64,000 nucleotides of DNA from Felis catus (GCF_018350175.1 NC_058376.1:157480001-157544000), one strand, 5' to 3'; counted from the first letter of the stretch, positions 1 to 42,037 are shown. Notes: generated by a model not told the origin, from the sequence alone. Translations and numbers: made by a program.

Positions 1-860
1 TACAAAGAGAGAAAAGTACTCTTGGCTCTTGCTACCGGTTCTCTGTAGAGTTGTGGTAGGTAACAGAACCTCTCTATTCCCTGATTTCCCATTTGTTTCA
101 TGGAAATAATATTAACTGTTAAGAATGATGGAAAGATCAATCAGCTTAATCAGGTAGCATTTTTAATTCCTTGCAGGTGGTACTTGCACCTGAGCTGTAA
201 CTCTGTCAACAAGCAGGGTTTATTTGGTCCTCACAGTATATAGATTACAGCATAGTTCTAAGTACTTCTGGGAATTATAAAGGAAGTGGAGAACATATCT
301 CTATTCTCCAGGAACTATTATACTTCAGGTGAGATAGGATCACCCCCAGTGAAAACTGGCAAGCACATTAACAGAAATATAGCCAACTGCAGCTGCTGAC
401 AAGTACCCTGATGTTCCTGCAATGGTCTGTGACCAGATTTCTATGTGGAGAACTGGACACTCTGCTGGATGCCAGGAAGGAAAACAAGGCTTATAGGATG
501 GGTTCGCTAAGAGGGTATAATCGTTTTGGTAGATCATTTCAGCCTAATCACATGCTACACTGTAATTTTTGTTTGAAAGGTTTTATTGCACAGAAAAACT
601 GTTTATGATAAAAAATGATAGACTCAATCTGGTAAAACTACATGTGTTGATTATCATTGAAATGAGCACTTTTAATATACAACTTCCCCCCCCCCCAACA
701 AGAATTGCACATATGCACGTAAATGATGGTTTAAATGTTAGTTTTGGGAGACTGGCGAGTTAATGCAAAAGTAGCAGATAGCAATATACATACTGGATAT
801 GCTACTGAACTTGAAAGATATTTCACAATAATCCATTTCCCCTGCGGCAAGTGAAGAAAT

Positions 861-1198
861 TAGTTGACCCTTGAACAAGTGGGGGTTAGGGGTACTGACC
901 CCCTGCACAGTTAAAATTCATGTACAACTTTTGGCTCCCCCCCCCCAAATTCAACTACAAATAACCTATTGTTGGTCAGAAGCCTTACTGATAATATAAA
1001 CAGTTATATACATAACATGTATTTTGTACGTCACACGGATTATATACTTTGTTCCTAGAAAAAGTAAGCTAGAGAAAAGAAAATGTTAAGAAAATCATAA
1101 GGAAAACATTTTTATAGCACTCTACTGTATTTATTTAAAAAAATCTGCATATAAGTGGGCCCACTCAGTTCAAGCCTATATTGTTTAAGGGTCAAAGG
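861..1198. mobile_element. Tigger2a-like non-autonomous TcMar DNA transposon
   Basis: Inverted ends AGTTGACCCTTGAACAA ... TTGTTTAAGGGTCAA; internal sequence resembles Tigger2a consensus (recalled). Confidence 0.8.
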
Positions 1199-3506
1199 TA
1201 CATTAAATCCGAGGCTATACTTAGAGGGGAGGATAGCTAAGCAATACCTTCAAATCTCAAAGGAGAAGAGTTATGCAAAGAAATGCCCTAAATTTGGCTA
1301 TTAAGTGTATATGCATCGGCACAGCTAAAAAAAAGTCTTCATAAATTGATCTGTAGTATCTTGATATTAAAACAAAATAAAAATCCAGAGCCGGTTATAT
1401 TATCTAACTGAAATTCTTAAAGCTCAAACATCTGTCACGGAGCTATAGGTGTTTTTTTCTGTTGCATGCCTACCTGGATTGCCTATTCCATTACTCTTTC
1501 CTAGAGTGTCCCTTTTTCTCCTGCAAAATTTCCTCAATCATCTGGATAGTGCTTACGTGGGGGTGTTCACTTTGTGGTAATTATTATGACTTGTGCTGTA
1601 TACCTCAACTTAAAAGAAAACAAGCCTTATTTGAGACTCACTTCCATGAATCATTACTATACCTGCTTGATTTAATAATCAGATCTCTACCTTTTAAGTG
1701 TTTAAATATGCTTATGTATACCTTGACCATTACACAAAGTTGTTATAATTTTGTCATCTGTTTCTTGTGTAGTTTTAGTTTACTTGGGTTTATTCATTTT
1801 CTTGGGAAACCTCAATTTCTTCACCTGCCACCTCCTTTGTAACTCGCCTATGTTACGGTATAGTAGGCAATGGAGTGTTGATAAACCGGATCTTAAACAA
1901 ACAAACAAACAAACAAAAAACCAAAAAGCCCTGATTTCAAATGATTGCCAATTTCTGTGGCATAAATAGTCCCCAATTTCAAAGTTCCAAGGTTTCACAT
2001 CCAGCTCAAAAATTCCTGAATATTTAACAATAGACTCACCAACTGATAAGAGCTGGCTGGCTCCAGCCATGTACGTAAGCAAGAAGGTTACTGCTGGTTT
2101 TGCAATGACTTAGAACAGCGTTTCCACTAACTGCTCATTCACTCATACCACCACAAAATTCTTCCAGCTGTGGGCATAGACAATCAACGTATTTCAGTGT
2201 AGAATCAATGATGGGTAAAAACTGTTCCCTCTGTGCATCCCCGCAGAGCTGAAGCTAAATAAGCCAATTTGCTGAATTACTTAGAACCAAGTATTTATTG
2301 CATCACAAACAGATATTTTCCACTTGTCAGAAAATGTAACAGAGCCAAGATACCAGTTGCTGTTTGCTTTCTGCCACAAGTGCCGACTAAATGGAATGGA
2401 TATTCAATAAGCTGTATTAAACTGAAGGATGCATTTGCAAAATGGTGAGGGGGTGAATAAAGAGGCAACATTAATGTCAGAGGCAATTATGGGTATGAAC
2501 ACTTCTTGCTACTGTAGAAGCCTGCCCCTGCTACACATGCTCGGGGGCATAAATAAAGACTACGTAGAAGGGTTTTGCTCTCAGAAGTTCAAACACAGAA
2601 AGGCAACTGACATTTTCAATGTCAACATTTTGGAGGGCATTCTCCTGATTTATGAGGATGCTTAATATTTCAGCATGCCCCGATAAGAAAAAAACAACCA
2701 GAAGGAAAATAAGGGTTAAAAGATCTGAAATATGGTAGGAAAAAATGTTTTAAGAAACACTGATTCTACTGAAAATAAAAACCTAGGTTTCTTCTATTAT
2801 AATGAAGTGACACGGAAGGTGGAGGAAAGAAACACCATTAAACTTCGCTCCCCAAATCACATGACTTCAAATTTCCTGGGGCCAGGGGAAGCCATGACTG
2901 GAAATTGAATGCTAGCCCCTGTGGCATTTTCCTTTCCCCTCTTTTCCCTGTCTCCACCTTCACTGGCACTGGAATCTGAAACTGGACAATCATGCCCAAT
3001 GACTTCTTTTCTCTGAGTCTGGGCTTTCTAAGGAGTCATAAAAATATGAGAAGGACATCAGAATCGGAGGCGGTACTAGTTTGGGGATTATGTTCCGGCT
3101 CATAACTCTCTGATTTTTGATCAAATGTTGATGGGGAGATTTGGCCCTGCTGCACTTCTGGATACTGCCCTACACATCTCCTTCCTAGTGCTGGAACCAC
3201 TATGAACCATGGTGACAGAGGAGACAGCATCTTGCAGGTCTCACTCTATCTCACTCGTGATCTTTCTCTCTCTTATACACGCATGCATGTGCTAATCTTA
3301 CCTCGCACATCTGTCCTCTCCCTACCTTTCAGATTCCTTTCCTCATCTGTAGTGCTGCATGCTGAGAGTAGATTTCCTAAGGAAAGTTTTCCCACCGTGA
3401 CTTGGCTTCTATAATCATAGTGTAAAACCCACCAAGTTATAACCTTTTCACTTGTCAACACCTAAGCCAAATGCCATGCTTATCATTAAATACAAATGAA
3501 AACAAG

Positions 3507-3906
3507 TGTCACAATTTGGCTTCTGCAGGAAGCAGTCTCTGAGACAGGGTTTAATGTTCCAGGAGTACCCTGGTGATCAACATCCATGGAAAGGAGGAGG
3601 TCAGTGAGACTGGGAAGAAGTCGAGCTATGATGCAGGCTCGACCACAGCCACAAGGAGTTCTGGAGTTTAACAGGCTCAGCTGAATCATCCCATTTGGGG
3701 TAGAAATGGTTGGTCCTTTGTAGTCCTACCTCCAGCCATCATTAGATGGGACTTTTACTTAGAGTGGCATGACCTTGGTGAGGTGGCTCTTTGTAGGTAA
3801 AGTGTTCCCTGAAAGGACTGAAAGCTGTTCCACTGAAACTCTCACAGCAGCTGGGATAAGAAGCCCTTCCTTGAAGGGGGGTTTAAGCACCACACCTTCC
3901 TATCCA
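3507..3906 (-). mobile_element. ERVL-type solo LTR (LTR16/LTR33-like)
   Basis: TGTCACAATTTGG..GAAGCAGTCTCTGAGAC terminus typical of this group; subfamily uncertain. Confidence 0.55.
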
Positions 3907-4029
3907 CCCCTGCAAGTCTCCTTACCCTGAAAAATGTCTACCATTGTTCACCCATCATATGTCCTTCGTAAGAGCACAAGAGACTACTGAGCAGTATGTC
4001 AAAAACTATCTGTGGTACCATCTGTCCCG

Positions 4030-5330
4030 GAGCCATTAGATAGCCATCAGCAATAAACAAACAGCACCCCTGACCCAAACCTCTTTCCTTACACAAATAT
4101 TAACTCAAAATGAATCATGGACTTAATGTAACATGAAAACCATGAAACTTTTAGAAAAGGACAAAGGAGAAAATCTTGGGGAGCTCAGGTTAGGCAAAGA
4201 GTTCTTAGACAACATCAAAGCATAAGCCCTCAAAACAATCAATACATTGGATTTCATTAGATTAAAATCTCTGTTCTGAAAAAGCCCATGTGAGGAGGAT
4301 GAGAAGACAAACTGCATACGAGAGAAAATCTTTGCAGACCATACATCTGACAAAGGACCAGCATCTAGAGAACATAATAAGTTCTTAAAACTCAACAGTT
4401 AGAAAATGGGCAAGACACATGAACAGACGTTTCATTGAAAAGGATACATGGATGGCAGATAAGCATGGGAAAAGTTGCTCAGCATCACTAGTCATCAGGG
4501 AAATGCAAATTAAAACCACAATGGGACATCACTATACACCTATCAGAATGGCTAAAATAAAAACAGAGATACCACCAAATGCTGGTGAGGGTGCGCAGAA
4601 ACTAGATCAATTACGTTTTGCTGGTGGGAACAAAAAATGGCACAGACACTCTGGAAGAGTCTGGCAGCTTCTTAAAAAACTAAGAACTGCAACTGTGACT
4701 TGGCAATTGCATTGTCATTTATCCCAGAAAAATGAAAACTTCAGTTCACACAAAAACCTGTGCATGAATTTTTATGGTAGATTTATTTGTAAGGTTCAAA
4801 CTGGAAATAACCCAGATGTCCTTCAATAGGTGAATGGTTAAACAAGCGGTGGTATATCCAACCATGGAATAGTATTCAGCTATAAAAAGGAGCAAGCTAC
4901 TAACACATTTGACAACTTCAATAAATCTCCAGGGACTTATGCCGAGAGAAACAAGTCAATCTCAAAAGGCTACCTATTGTATGATTCCACTTACAGAAGT
5001 TTCTTGAAGGGACAAAACCATAGAGGCAAGTTAGTCGTTAACCAGAGGTTAAGGATGGAGGGGTGTGGTGTGTGTGCAGGAGGCAAGTGGGTGTGGCTAC
5101 AAAACGGCAACACAAGGGACCCTTGTGATGATGGAAATGTCCTATGTCTTATCTACGTCAGTGTTAATATCCTGGTTGTGACGTTGAACTACAGTTTTGC
5201 ATCATGTTACCGCAAGGGAAAACTGTTTGTAAAGGATGCATGGGATCGCGCCATATTCTTTCCACTGCATGTAAACCTGCAATTACCTCAAAACAAAAAG
5301 TGAAAAAAACGGTGAAAAAAGTCTTGAACT
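4030..5330 (+). mobile_element. Ancient L1 (L1MC-type) ORF2 end and 3' UTR
   Basis: ORF 4419..4829 has L1 ORF2 C-terminal motifs (IREMQIKTTM..HYTPIRMAKIK); L1MC-like 3' end with A-rich tail. Confidence 0.88.
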
Positions 5331-5416
5331 CAATAAGTCAACTACTTAATCTCCTCTATGAAATAGCAGCGTCACACGTTGGTGAGGTAAAGCGTTATCC
5401 CTGTGGGATGCAGAGG

Positions 5417-5868
5417 TGATTCAATTGCCTATTGCTATGTAACAAACGACCTCAAAATATAGTGGCTTGAAACAACCATTATTTTGTTTTTACCGTTCTC
5501 TGTCAGGAACTGAAGCTCGTCTGGGCAGATATTTTAATCCACGTGTTGTCGGTTGGTGTCATTCACTTGGGGGCATTCAGTAGCAGAGGCTGGGCCAGAA
5601 ATCTTAAGCAGTCTGGTGCCGCATGGCCAGCAGAGTTTCCTCACAGCATGGTGGTCACGGGGTAGTCGGACTTTCGAGAGGAATTAACACGAATTGGTAA
5701 ACACTGAAGCCACAGATCTCTGAAGTCCCAGACTCGGAAATTACAGCATCATTTCTGAAACATTTTATTGGTCCCGACAAATCTCAGCTCAGACCGAAGG
5801 GGAGAGAAAATAGCCTCCAACTTTCAGTGTGAGAAGGAGTAAAGAATTTATGACCATCTTACTCCACT
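5417..5868 (-). mobile_element. MaLR MLT1-type solo LTR (old subfamily)
   Basis: ctattgctatgtaacaaac..agtggcttgaaacaac is the reverse-oriented MLT1 3' end. Confidence 0.7.
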
Positions 5869-5954
5869 CTTGGGGGAGATTGTTTAATTCTTCAAAAAAA
5901 AAAAATGTTTCTATGTAGGAAGTTTTTAAGAATTATATATCCACGTTAAAAAAA

Positions 5955-6162
5955 TTTTTTTAACGTTTATTCATTTTTGAGAGACAGAGGCAGAGTATGA
6001 GTGGGGAAGGGGCAGAGAGAGAGGGAGACACAGAATCTGAAGCAGGCTCCAGCCTCTCAGCTGCCAGCACAAAGTGCAACGTGGGGCTCGAACTCATGAA
6101 CTGCGAGATCATGACCTGAGCCGAAGTCGGACGCTCAACTGACTGAGCCACCCAGGCACCCC
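5955..6162 (-). mobile_element. Can-SINE (felid SINEC_Fc type)
   Basis: tRNA-like head, (CT)n body, A tail in reverse orientation. Confidence 0.95.
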
Positions 6163-6235
6163 TATTCACGTTTTTAAAAATAAATATTGAGTTGTTCAAG
6201 TTTCTTTTTTTCTTAAAGGGTTTTGACACCATTAT

Positions 6236-6287
6236 TTTAATTTAATTTAATTTAATTTAATTTAATTTAATTTAATTTAATTTAATT
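6236..6287. repeat. (TTTAA)n pentanucleotide microsatellite, about 10 copies
   Basis: Directly visible. Confidence 0.95.
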
Positions 6288-6299
6288 TTTCTTATTTTA

Positions 6300-7330
6300 T
6301 CCTGTCAGTTTTTGGTAAGTTATGTTCTCTAACTTAAGATAAAATCTTGTCTATTTTATCTAAGTTGACAAATTCATTGGCATAAAGCTGTTTGTAATAC
6401 TGCCTCATTATCATCCTAATGTTGGTAGGATCTGTAGTCATATCCTCTTTCCCAAATCTGTAGCCTTCATTTCTATTTTTGTTTTTTTTTCTTGATTAGC
6501 TAGCTAGGAGTTTATCAATTTTATTAATCTCAAAGAACCAACTTTTGGCTCATATTTCAAGGATTTTGCTTTTTTTACATATCGGTATGTTCTGGAGAGC
6601 TTTCCAAATTAGTGAATACAGATTTACCTCACTTTTATTAATTGCTGTCAAGGCATTTCATATTATGGGGGTATCAGAATTTATTTAATCATGGGCATTC
6701 TTATTTCGTTTTCTTTTTCTTCTCTTTCTTTTCTTCTTCTTCTTCTTCTCCTTCTTCTTACTATTAAAATACTGAAACATCCTTTTATGTATCTCTACAC
6801 ACACATGAGAGGCGCTGGGCTTCCAGAAATTAAATTGCTTGGTCAGAAGGTATATTCATTTTACATTTTTTTAAACAGGTCACTTCCAAACTGTTTTCCA
6901 AACGGCTGTATCAATTGGCACTCCCATGGACTGGGTGGAAGTATTCCCCATTGACCCAGGTTCTTGCCAACATTTAGTACCATGAACCTTTTTTACTTAT
7001 GTCATCATGGTTTGAATTTCCATTGTCTTGATCCCAGATGAGTATAGGCATCTTGTGTCTGCTCATGACTTGAGAGTTTTTTGAGAAGAATTTTAAAAAT
7101 CTATTTTATATTTTTTTATCATTTAATTTTTCTTTATATATTGAAGACATTAAACCCAGGTCTGTTTCAACTTTTTGCATTGTGTTTCATTGTGTGTGTG
7201 TGTGTGTGTTTTTTTTCCACACAGAAATTTTAAATTTTGATGTGGTTATATTACTTGCTCTTTTCCTTTATGGCCTGGCATTTGTATCTTGCTAAAGAAG
7301 GCCTTTTATCTGCTTTTGAAGAGTTCAACC
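6300..7330 (-). mobile_element. Degraded ancient L1 fragments
   Basis: Antisense L1 motifs (tttatcaattttattaatctcaaagaaccaacttttgg; ttccaaactgttttccaaacggctgtatcaatt). Confidence 0.65.
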
Positions 7331-7625
7331 GACATTCATTGGCTACTCAGAGTCTCTTGTCTCTGGAGGGCAATTCTACCTCTGAGTTCTAGAATCCCTC
7401 CCTTGGGTGACCGTGGCCCGCTTCCGCCACCCCACCATGGTAGAGCTCTTGATCCCTGGTCCTTCATACCAAATTTTAACATCTGTAACATCTTGCTCCC
7501 TCATCCATCCCCTCCCTCTATACACACCTTGAAAACAACTTGGGACCATAGGACACCAGAAGGAATATAGAAAATCATCCAGTTTCAAACTCTCATTTTC
7601 ATAGATAAGGAGTATACAATCTAGA

Positions 7626-7800
7626 CCTTGCTGTCCAACATGGTAGCCATTGGCTACATGTGTGTTTTTAAGTTAAAGTAAAAAACTCAGTCACACAAAC
7701 CAAATTTTAAATGCTCTATAGCTACACGTGCCTCATGGCTACTTTACTGGACAGGATTTAGACTGTTTCCATCACTGCAGAAAGTTCTAGTGGCTGCTCT
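7626..7800. mobile_element. MER3 (hAT-Charlie MITE)
   Basis: ctgtccaacatggtagcca...tttccatcactgcagaaagttcta resembles MER3 consensus. Confidence 0.75.
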
Positions 7801-7802
7801 AG

Positions 7803-8203
7803 AGCTTTGTTATTTAAAGGTCCGTGTGCTGACCCATATAGCAAGACCAGAGGCATCACTGGGAGCTGATTAGAAATACAGAATCGCGGGGTGCCTGGGT
7901 GGCTCAGTCGGTTAAGCTTCTGACTTCAGCTCAGGTGATGATCTCACAGCTTGTGAGTTCAAGCCCTGCATCAGGCTCTGTGCTTACAGCTCAGAGCCTC
8001 CAGCCTGCTTCAGATTCTGTGTCTCCCTCTCTCTGTTCCTCCCTCACTTGCGCTCTCTCTCTCAAAAATAAATAAACATTAAAAAAAAAAAGAGAGAATC
8101 TCAATTAATAATCAGGCCACATACCAGACCTACAGAATTGGAATCTGCAATTAAAAAATATCCCCCAGGAAGTTTGCATGCAGGTTAGAGTCTAAGAAGC
8201 CCT
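7803..8203. mobile_element. MER5A1-like hAT MITE split by a Can-SINE
   Basis: ggcatcactgggagctgattagaaatacagaatc | SINE | aggcc..ccagacctacagaattggaatctgca. Confidence 0.7.
7888..8091 (+). mobile_element. Can-SINE
   Basis: GGGGTGCCTGGGTGGCTCAGTCGG head, AATAAA and A tail. Confidence 0.95.
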
Positions 8204-8913
8204 AATCATGTGATTTTTTTTTTCCCTTAAGGTCAAACAGCTGATGCCCAGGCCCTTCCCTTGACCCAGGCACCATTTCCTTTACTATCCTATGTCCTTC
8301 TTATTATCTCCCTACCATACTCACTTTCTCACTTTGTTTAATTACAGCACTTTATAAACATTTATAAGTCAGCAAGGCCATTGGGGCCCTCGGAAAACCC
8401 TCCATGCCTCAGCCTCACTCTGGTTTGCTAGTGCCTGCTTGGCAGACTTTGGAGAAAGATCCAGGTTCCTGTGATAGCATTTTCCCTAAAGAGAAAAAAA
8501 AAAAAAATCCCTGCTAGGGGGTGGGGTGGGCTAGAAATTAAAGTCCACCTTGGAACCAGTGGGGCACCAGTCATCAACCTGTATGGTACATTTAGTCGTG
8601 GTGATATAACGGCTGCATTTAGTTTTTCAGATGCCACAGCTGGGGAATAGCATTCAGAACAGGCCACGTACTTGCCTTAAAAATGTCACACCTGACTATC
8701 TGATTGGACAAAGCAGGGGCTGGTGATCTAACATAAATATGCTTGCTCAAGGTTAAGTGGTTAATGGGTCACCAAAAGGAAGGGGATTTGGAAATAGGGC
8801 CCCAGGTTGTCCTGGAACGTTGGGAGATCTGCTCTCAGACATTTTCAATACATTGTTTCTCAGCTCCTAAAACAGAGTGGACACACAGCAGGCACGCAGT
8901 AGATAAGGATGGA

Positions 8914-9427
8914 TGAAAAATTCTTCTCTACCTACAGGTCTTCCAACTGGACTAAGAATTAAATTTACATGAGACAGATTGGCAGGAGAAAAAAAGTCCA
9001 ACATTTTATTACAGAGGCCAAATCATGAAATTGAGGCCTAAAGAAATGACCAAAGCAGGAAGGTTTGATACTTTCCAGACGGAGACAATAGATCTGTGAA
9101 GAATTGACAGGATATAGAAAACCTAACTTCGGAAGCTTCAATTAGTAAGGAATTCTAAACAGAATGTGGGCTGGGGTAGTAAATTAGTAAAAAGTAGCAA
9201 GGGTTGTTTATAAAGCCTTCTTGGCTCTACATTTCTGGTGATAAGGATGGCTCCTTATCTCCTGATACAAAGAGGGTACCTTTCACGTGGCGATTGATTT
9301 CCTGTTTTCAGGGGACAGAGGAGGGTCTGAGTGTCCTTCCTACACAGGTGGTCTCTTAAGTAACGTATTTGAAATAATCAATACGCCAAAGTAGCACATT
9401 TGGGGCAGCCTGCCCTCGGCCCCTGCA
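8914..9427 (-). mobile_element. ERV1-type solo LTR (MER34/MER39-like)
   Basis: TG...CA ends; minus-strand start TGCAGGGGCCGAGGGCAGGCTGCCCCAAATGTGCTACTTTGGCGTATTGATTATTT resembles the MER34-group 5' end. Confidence 0.7.
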
Positions 9428-10174
9428 ATACGGAGAGGTGTAATCACAATCCCAGACAGTATCTGATGGCTACAGGCTTGAAAACAGCTCAAGCATGTTT
9501 ACATCTACGTTAGTGATTCCCCCTCAAGAGCTCTACTGACTCTACACCCCTCCAGTGTGTCCAGAGCGCGGGGCTAAGCGGAGTTGCTGGTTCTGGCAGC
9601 GCCTAGACCGGTCCCTGCACGGCAGTGATTCCCGACGGAGGGTCCCGAGTCACCCTTTCCCCTTACCTACCCACCTGGAGGGAAGGGCTGGCGGAAGGCC
9701 AGAGTCCCCTCCATTTCTGCAGTTCCATGCGCCTTTGCAGCATCTATCGGATACTATCTTGGCTCTTCCAGGGAAGGTGACGCGCCTCAGTCCCAAGGCA
9801 CTGACAGAATGCCTGCCCAGTGCCCAGCACGGACAGTTAATACCAGCGTTTGATGCATTCACAAAGTCATTACTGAAACCGGTTACTACCAAACGCTGCC
9901 AGGCGAGCCTCACCAGCGCTTCTGTTGACAGCCCCGCCCAGCGCCCAGCCCGGGTCACACCGGACCGGGGGACGCATGCGCAGCTGCTGGGTGTAGGAGG
10001 GGAGGGCCGGGCGCGCGCTCGCGCGCGGCCGCGCCGCCGCGTCGTGTGAGCGAGAGGGCGACGCATGCGCGGGCGGCGGTGGCCTTAAGGGCGGCGGCAG
10101 CGCCGGGTGTCTCAGTCGGCCAGTCAGCCGGCTGGGAGGCGCGGTCCGGCGCTCGCGCGGCGACGACGACGGCT

Positions 10175-39329
<29,155 letters not shown>

Positions 39330-39573
39330 GCATACTGGCGGGGACGTGGGGCAGCCTGCGGACTGATACGGTGCCTCCGCGATAGCGCACAGTCCACCAT
39401 GCAGAGTAAGGACTACAGCAGAAGACCAAGCGGTCTTCTCGACTGTCCTTCGCACACACTTTCTTTGTGGAGTTGCCTGCACATTTAAATCAGTTAGTGC
39501 CTTCTAGAGGAATGGCTTTCCTTTCTCCTACACAAAATCAAAATAGTCAAGAGTCTCCAAACCTAATAGCTTT

Positions 39574-39579
39574 AATAAA
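39574..39579 (+). terminator. Candidate proximal poly(A) signal AATAAA
   Basis: AATAAA about 245 nt after the stop, followed by U/GU-rich sequence. Confidence 0.5.
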
Positions 39580-40637
39580 AGGTTATCTGTCCCTCTGCTG
39601 TACTGACAGATTGTCACTTTTCACTGAAATGTTATTACTTTCTACCTAACTTCGTTGTGTCTAGTACTTTTTATATTTCAGTCTGTGTTGCCAATTAAAA
39701 ATGTGACTACTGGGTCTATAATTTTATATCCTGGAAAGGTGCACTTTATTTTCTTTGCTTGTATTTACCATGTCTAATGACTGATCTAGGTAATCACAAT
39801 TTTGTGTAAAAATCGATCAGTTGTTTAGAATCCTCCACTTTGTTTTTGAAATGGAGTGCTGATGAAACAGATTTCGGTTTAAAAAGATGGGAGTTGATCA
39901 CCAGCATTAATTTCTGCGCTCTTCCTCTGTCCTCTATGTAAGGCTGCAAAGCCACGGTCAGCATCTTAAATGTGGCTCATCCGGATGTATCTCAACAACA
40001 TAATTCCTTGAACTCTTTTATATCTGGTATGATTGTGTACTTACAGGGAAACACGACATTAATACTTAAGTGATTTAAGTACCGCACAGCCCTAACTAGA
40101 AGTCTGTCCTTTCTTCCCCCGTTAATAGTCTTTTCTGTGAGCCAGCTGCAGCAGAAGGAACAGACTTCCTTCTGAGGGGATGCTAAGACTGTTACGTTCC
40201 AGTAAGCCATCATGCGTTGTCATTAACCTCTAACTCTAGTAGATGGGTGCTAAGACGGGATTACGTTTTAACCACTGAAATAGACAAATAGGTGGTGCTC
40301 TTATGTCTCAAGCACCAGAAGGAGATGGCACTAGGTGGTTGGGGTTCTTTGGTTTTCATTTTTGAGGTTTGTGTCGATGACATGATGCACATACTTGAAG
40401 TTGTATTATAAAAACTGTACAAGGTTGATGGAACTATTTGACCATAACTACCATCAAGTATAACACTTTGTTGCTGTTTTAAAACGAGGAAAACTTTGAA
40501 ACTGTGAAAATTACCATGTGGTAACTGGCTGCTGAGAAGACGCTCCAAAAGAGAAAGTGGAATAGGATTGTGAGCAACAAGGCATCTTGGCCTTACGTTC
40601 CAGTAACATTGCTTGTCTGGGAGAAAGGTGGTTTATA

Positions 40638-40643
40638 AATAAA
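40638..40643 (+). terminator. Candidate middle poly(A) signal AATAAA
   Basis: Hexamer only; weaker context. Confidence 0.3.
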
Positions 40644-41455
40644 AACAGTGAACTAGAGCAAAGAAAGGTTTAATGGTTTTGACTGTTACCTTTTTTAAAT
40701 GGTTAATTAGGAAATCTATAGTTAAGAAACGTAAGGTTGTATCATGTTGATTAACTGCCAGAAAGACCGAATGTTCTGTTTTCAACATTACCTTCCCTAC
40801 TAAGGAAAAGGCAAACTGTACTGAAGCACAACAGATAGTTCCCAGCGAACAGTTTGTCTCACTTGGCACCTAAACTAGGTTACGGCCAAAGGTAACACGA
40901 GAGCCCAGGCACGCTGCCCGAGCTCTCTGCCTGACGAACAAAAGTAGTCCGTGCTTTGCAGTTAGTGTCTCTGAGGGCTAGCTCCAAACCTTTAAGTGGT
41001 ACAGATAATTTGGGGACTGTTTTTGCATTTTTGACACGCTCTGCAGTCTCTCTTAATTGGGCAAATGACAGTTTTCACTGGTGCAGGAGGATCTCTGTGA
41101 AGGAAACTTGGTCCCAACCCTTGGAGGGAAGCTGCTAGTTCACTCAGCAAGTGGAGTTTCTGGCCACGACATGCTAGGTGATTCGGGGAAAAGATGTACC
41201 CAGATGTCAGGTGGAACTTATTTTCCTGCTAACTGATTTTGCTTTATTTGAAAAATATTGTCAGACTTCTTAAAAGTTGAATCTTCCCTTAGTTTGTACA
41301 ACATGTAACCTTGTGAGAATTGAGCAAGCAGAGACGGTCACGGTCCTCAAAATTCCTGAGAATACAGTGGGTGCTAAATGTTTTCTTAAAAAATCCTATT
41401 ACAGTATTTGATCTTTGCTAAATTATGCACAGTGTACTTTAACTGTATTTTACAG

Positions 41456-41461
41456 AATAAA
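41456..41461 (+). terminator. Candidate distal poly(A) signal AATAAA
   Basis: Two upstream TGTA motifs and a downstream U/GU-rich tract (tatttttcttgggtttttggtgtgg). Confidence 0.6.
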
Positions 41462-41763
41462 TTTTACTGTGATAGTTGCACAAAGCTGCTGTATTTTTCT
41501 TGGGTTTTTGGTGTGGTCCGGTCTGTTTACACCAGTTACTGTAGGACCATGGATCCAGTGGGTGTGCGGGAAGGAACACCGGTGGGCGTTGGGAGGGAAG
41601 GCTGCTGTGCGGGACCCCGACCGCCACGCACGGCTGTTCCTGGCCTAGTGCCTCCCTTAGTGGGATGTCCACTTCCTTCTAAAACGAATTTTCAAAACAA
41701 AGTTTTCCTAGAGTTGGTTTCAGAATATTATTTAGAAAACACTTTTGAAACGCCTCTATATAT

Positions 41764-41970
41764 GGGGCACCTGGGTGGCACAGTTGGTTAAGCATCTGAC
41801 TTCAGCTCAGGTCACGATCTCACGGTTCATGGATTCGAGCCCCACGTCGGGCTCTGCGCTGACAGCTCGGAGCCTGGAGCCCGCTTCGGATTCTGTGTCT
41901 CCCTCTCTCTCTGCCCCTCCCCCACTCATGCTCTGTCTCTCTCTGTCTCAAAAATGAACACTAGAAAAAC
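41764..41970 (+). mobile_element. Can-SINE
   Basis: Head and (CT)n body. Confidence 0.95.
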
Positions 41971-42037
41971 AGTGGACTGAAATGAGAAATGCATAAAGAT
42001 GCACGAGGTCACAATGATGGTTAAAACACCAAAACTA

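Larger units (their letters stand above)
39330..41490 (+). other. ABHD5: ABHD5 3' UTR (extent inferred from distal poly(A) signal)
   Basis: Repeat-poor AU-rich sequence after the stop codon, ending near AATAAA 41456; true end not determinable from DNA. Confidence 0.55.

Noticed and set aside
7888-7960. tRNA-like sequences at SINE heads
   Set aside because: Each continues into a SINE body and tail; no stand-alone tRNA cloverleaf found
1-9500. Possible ANO10 exons upstream (head-to-head neighbour in human)
   Set aside because: No anoctamin-like coding sequence seen; non-coding first exons cannot be identified from sequence alone
39355-39365. Possible loss of an alternative 3' UTR splice donor (CTG|CGGACT here)
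   Set aside because: Depends on an unverified recollection of a human isoform with CTG|GT at this position; needs alignment
40318-40333. CTCF-like core AGATGGCACTA
   Set aside because: Three mismatches in the 5' half of the motif; unsupported without ChIP data
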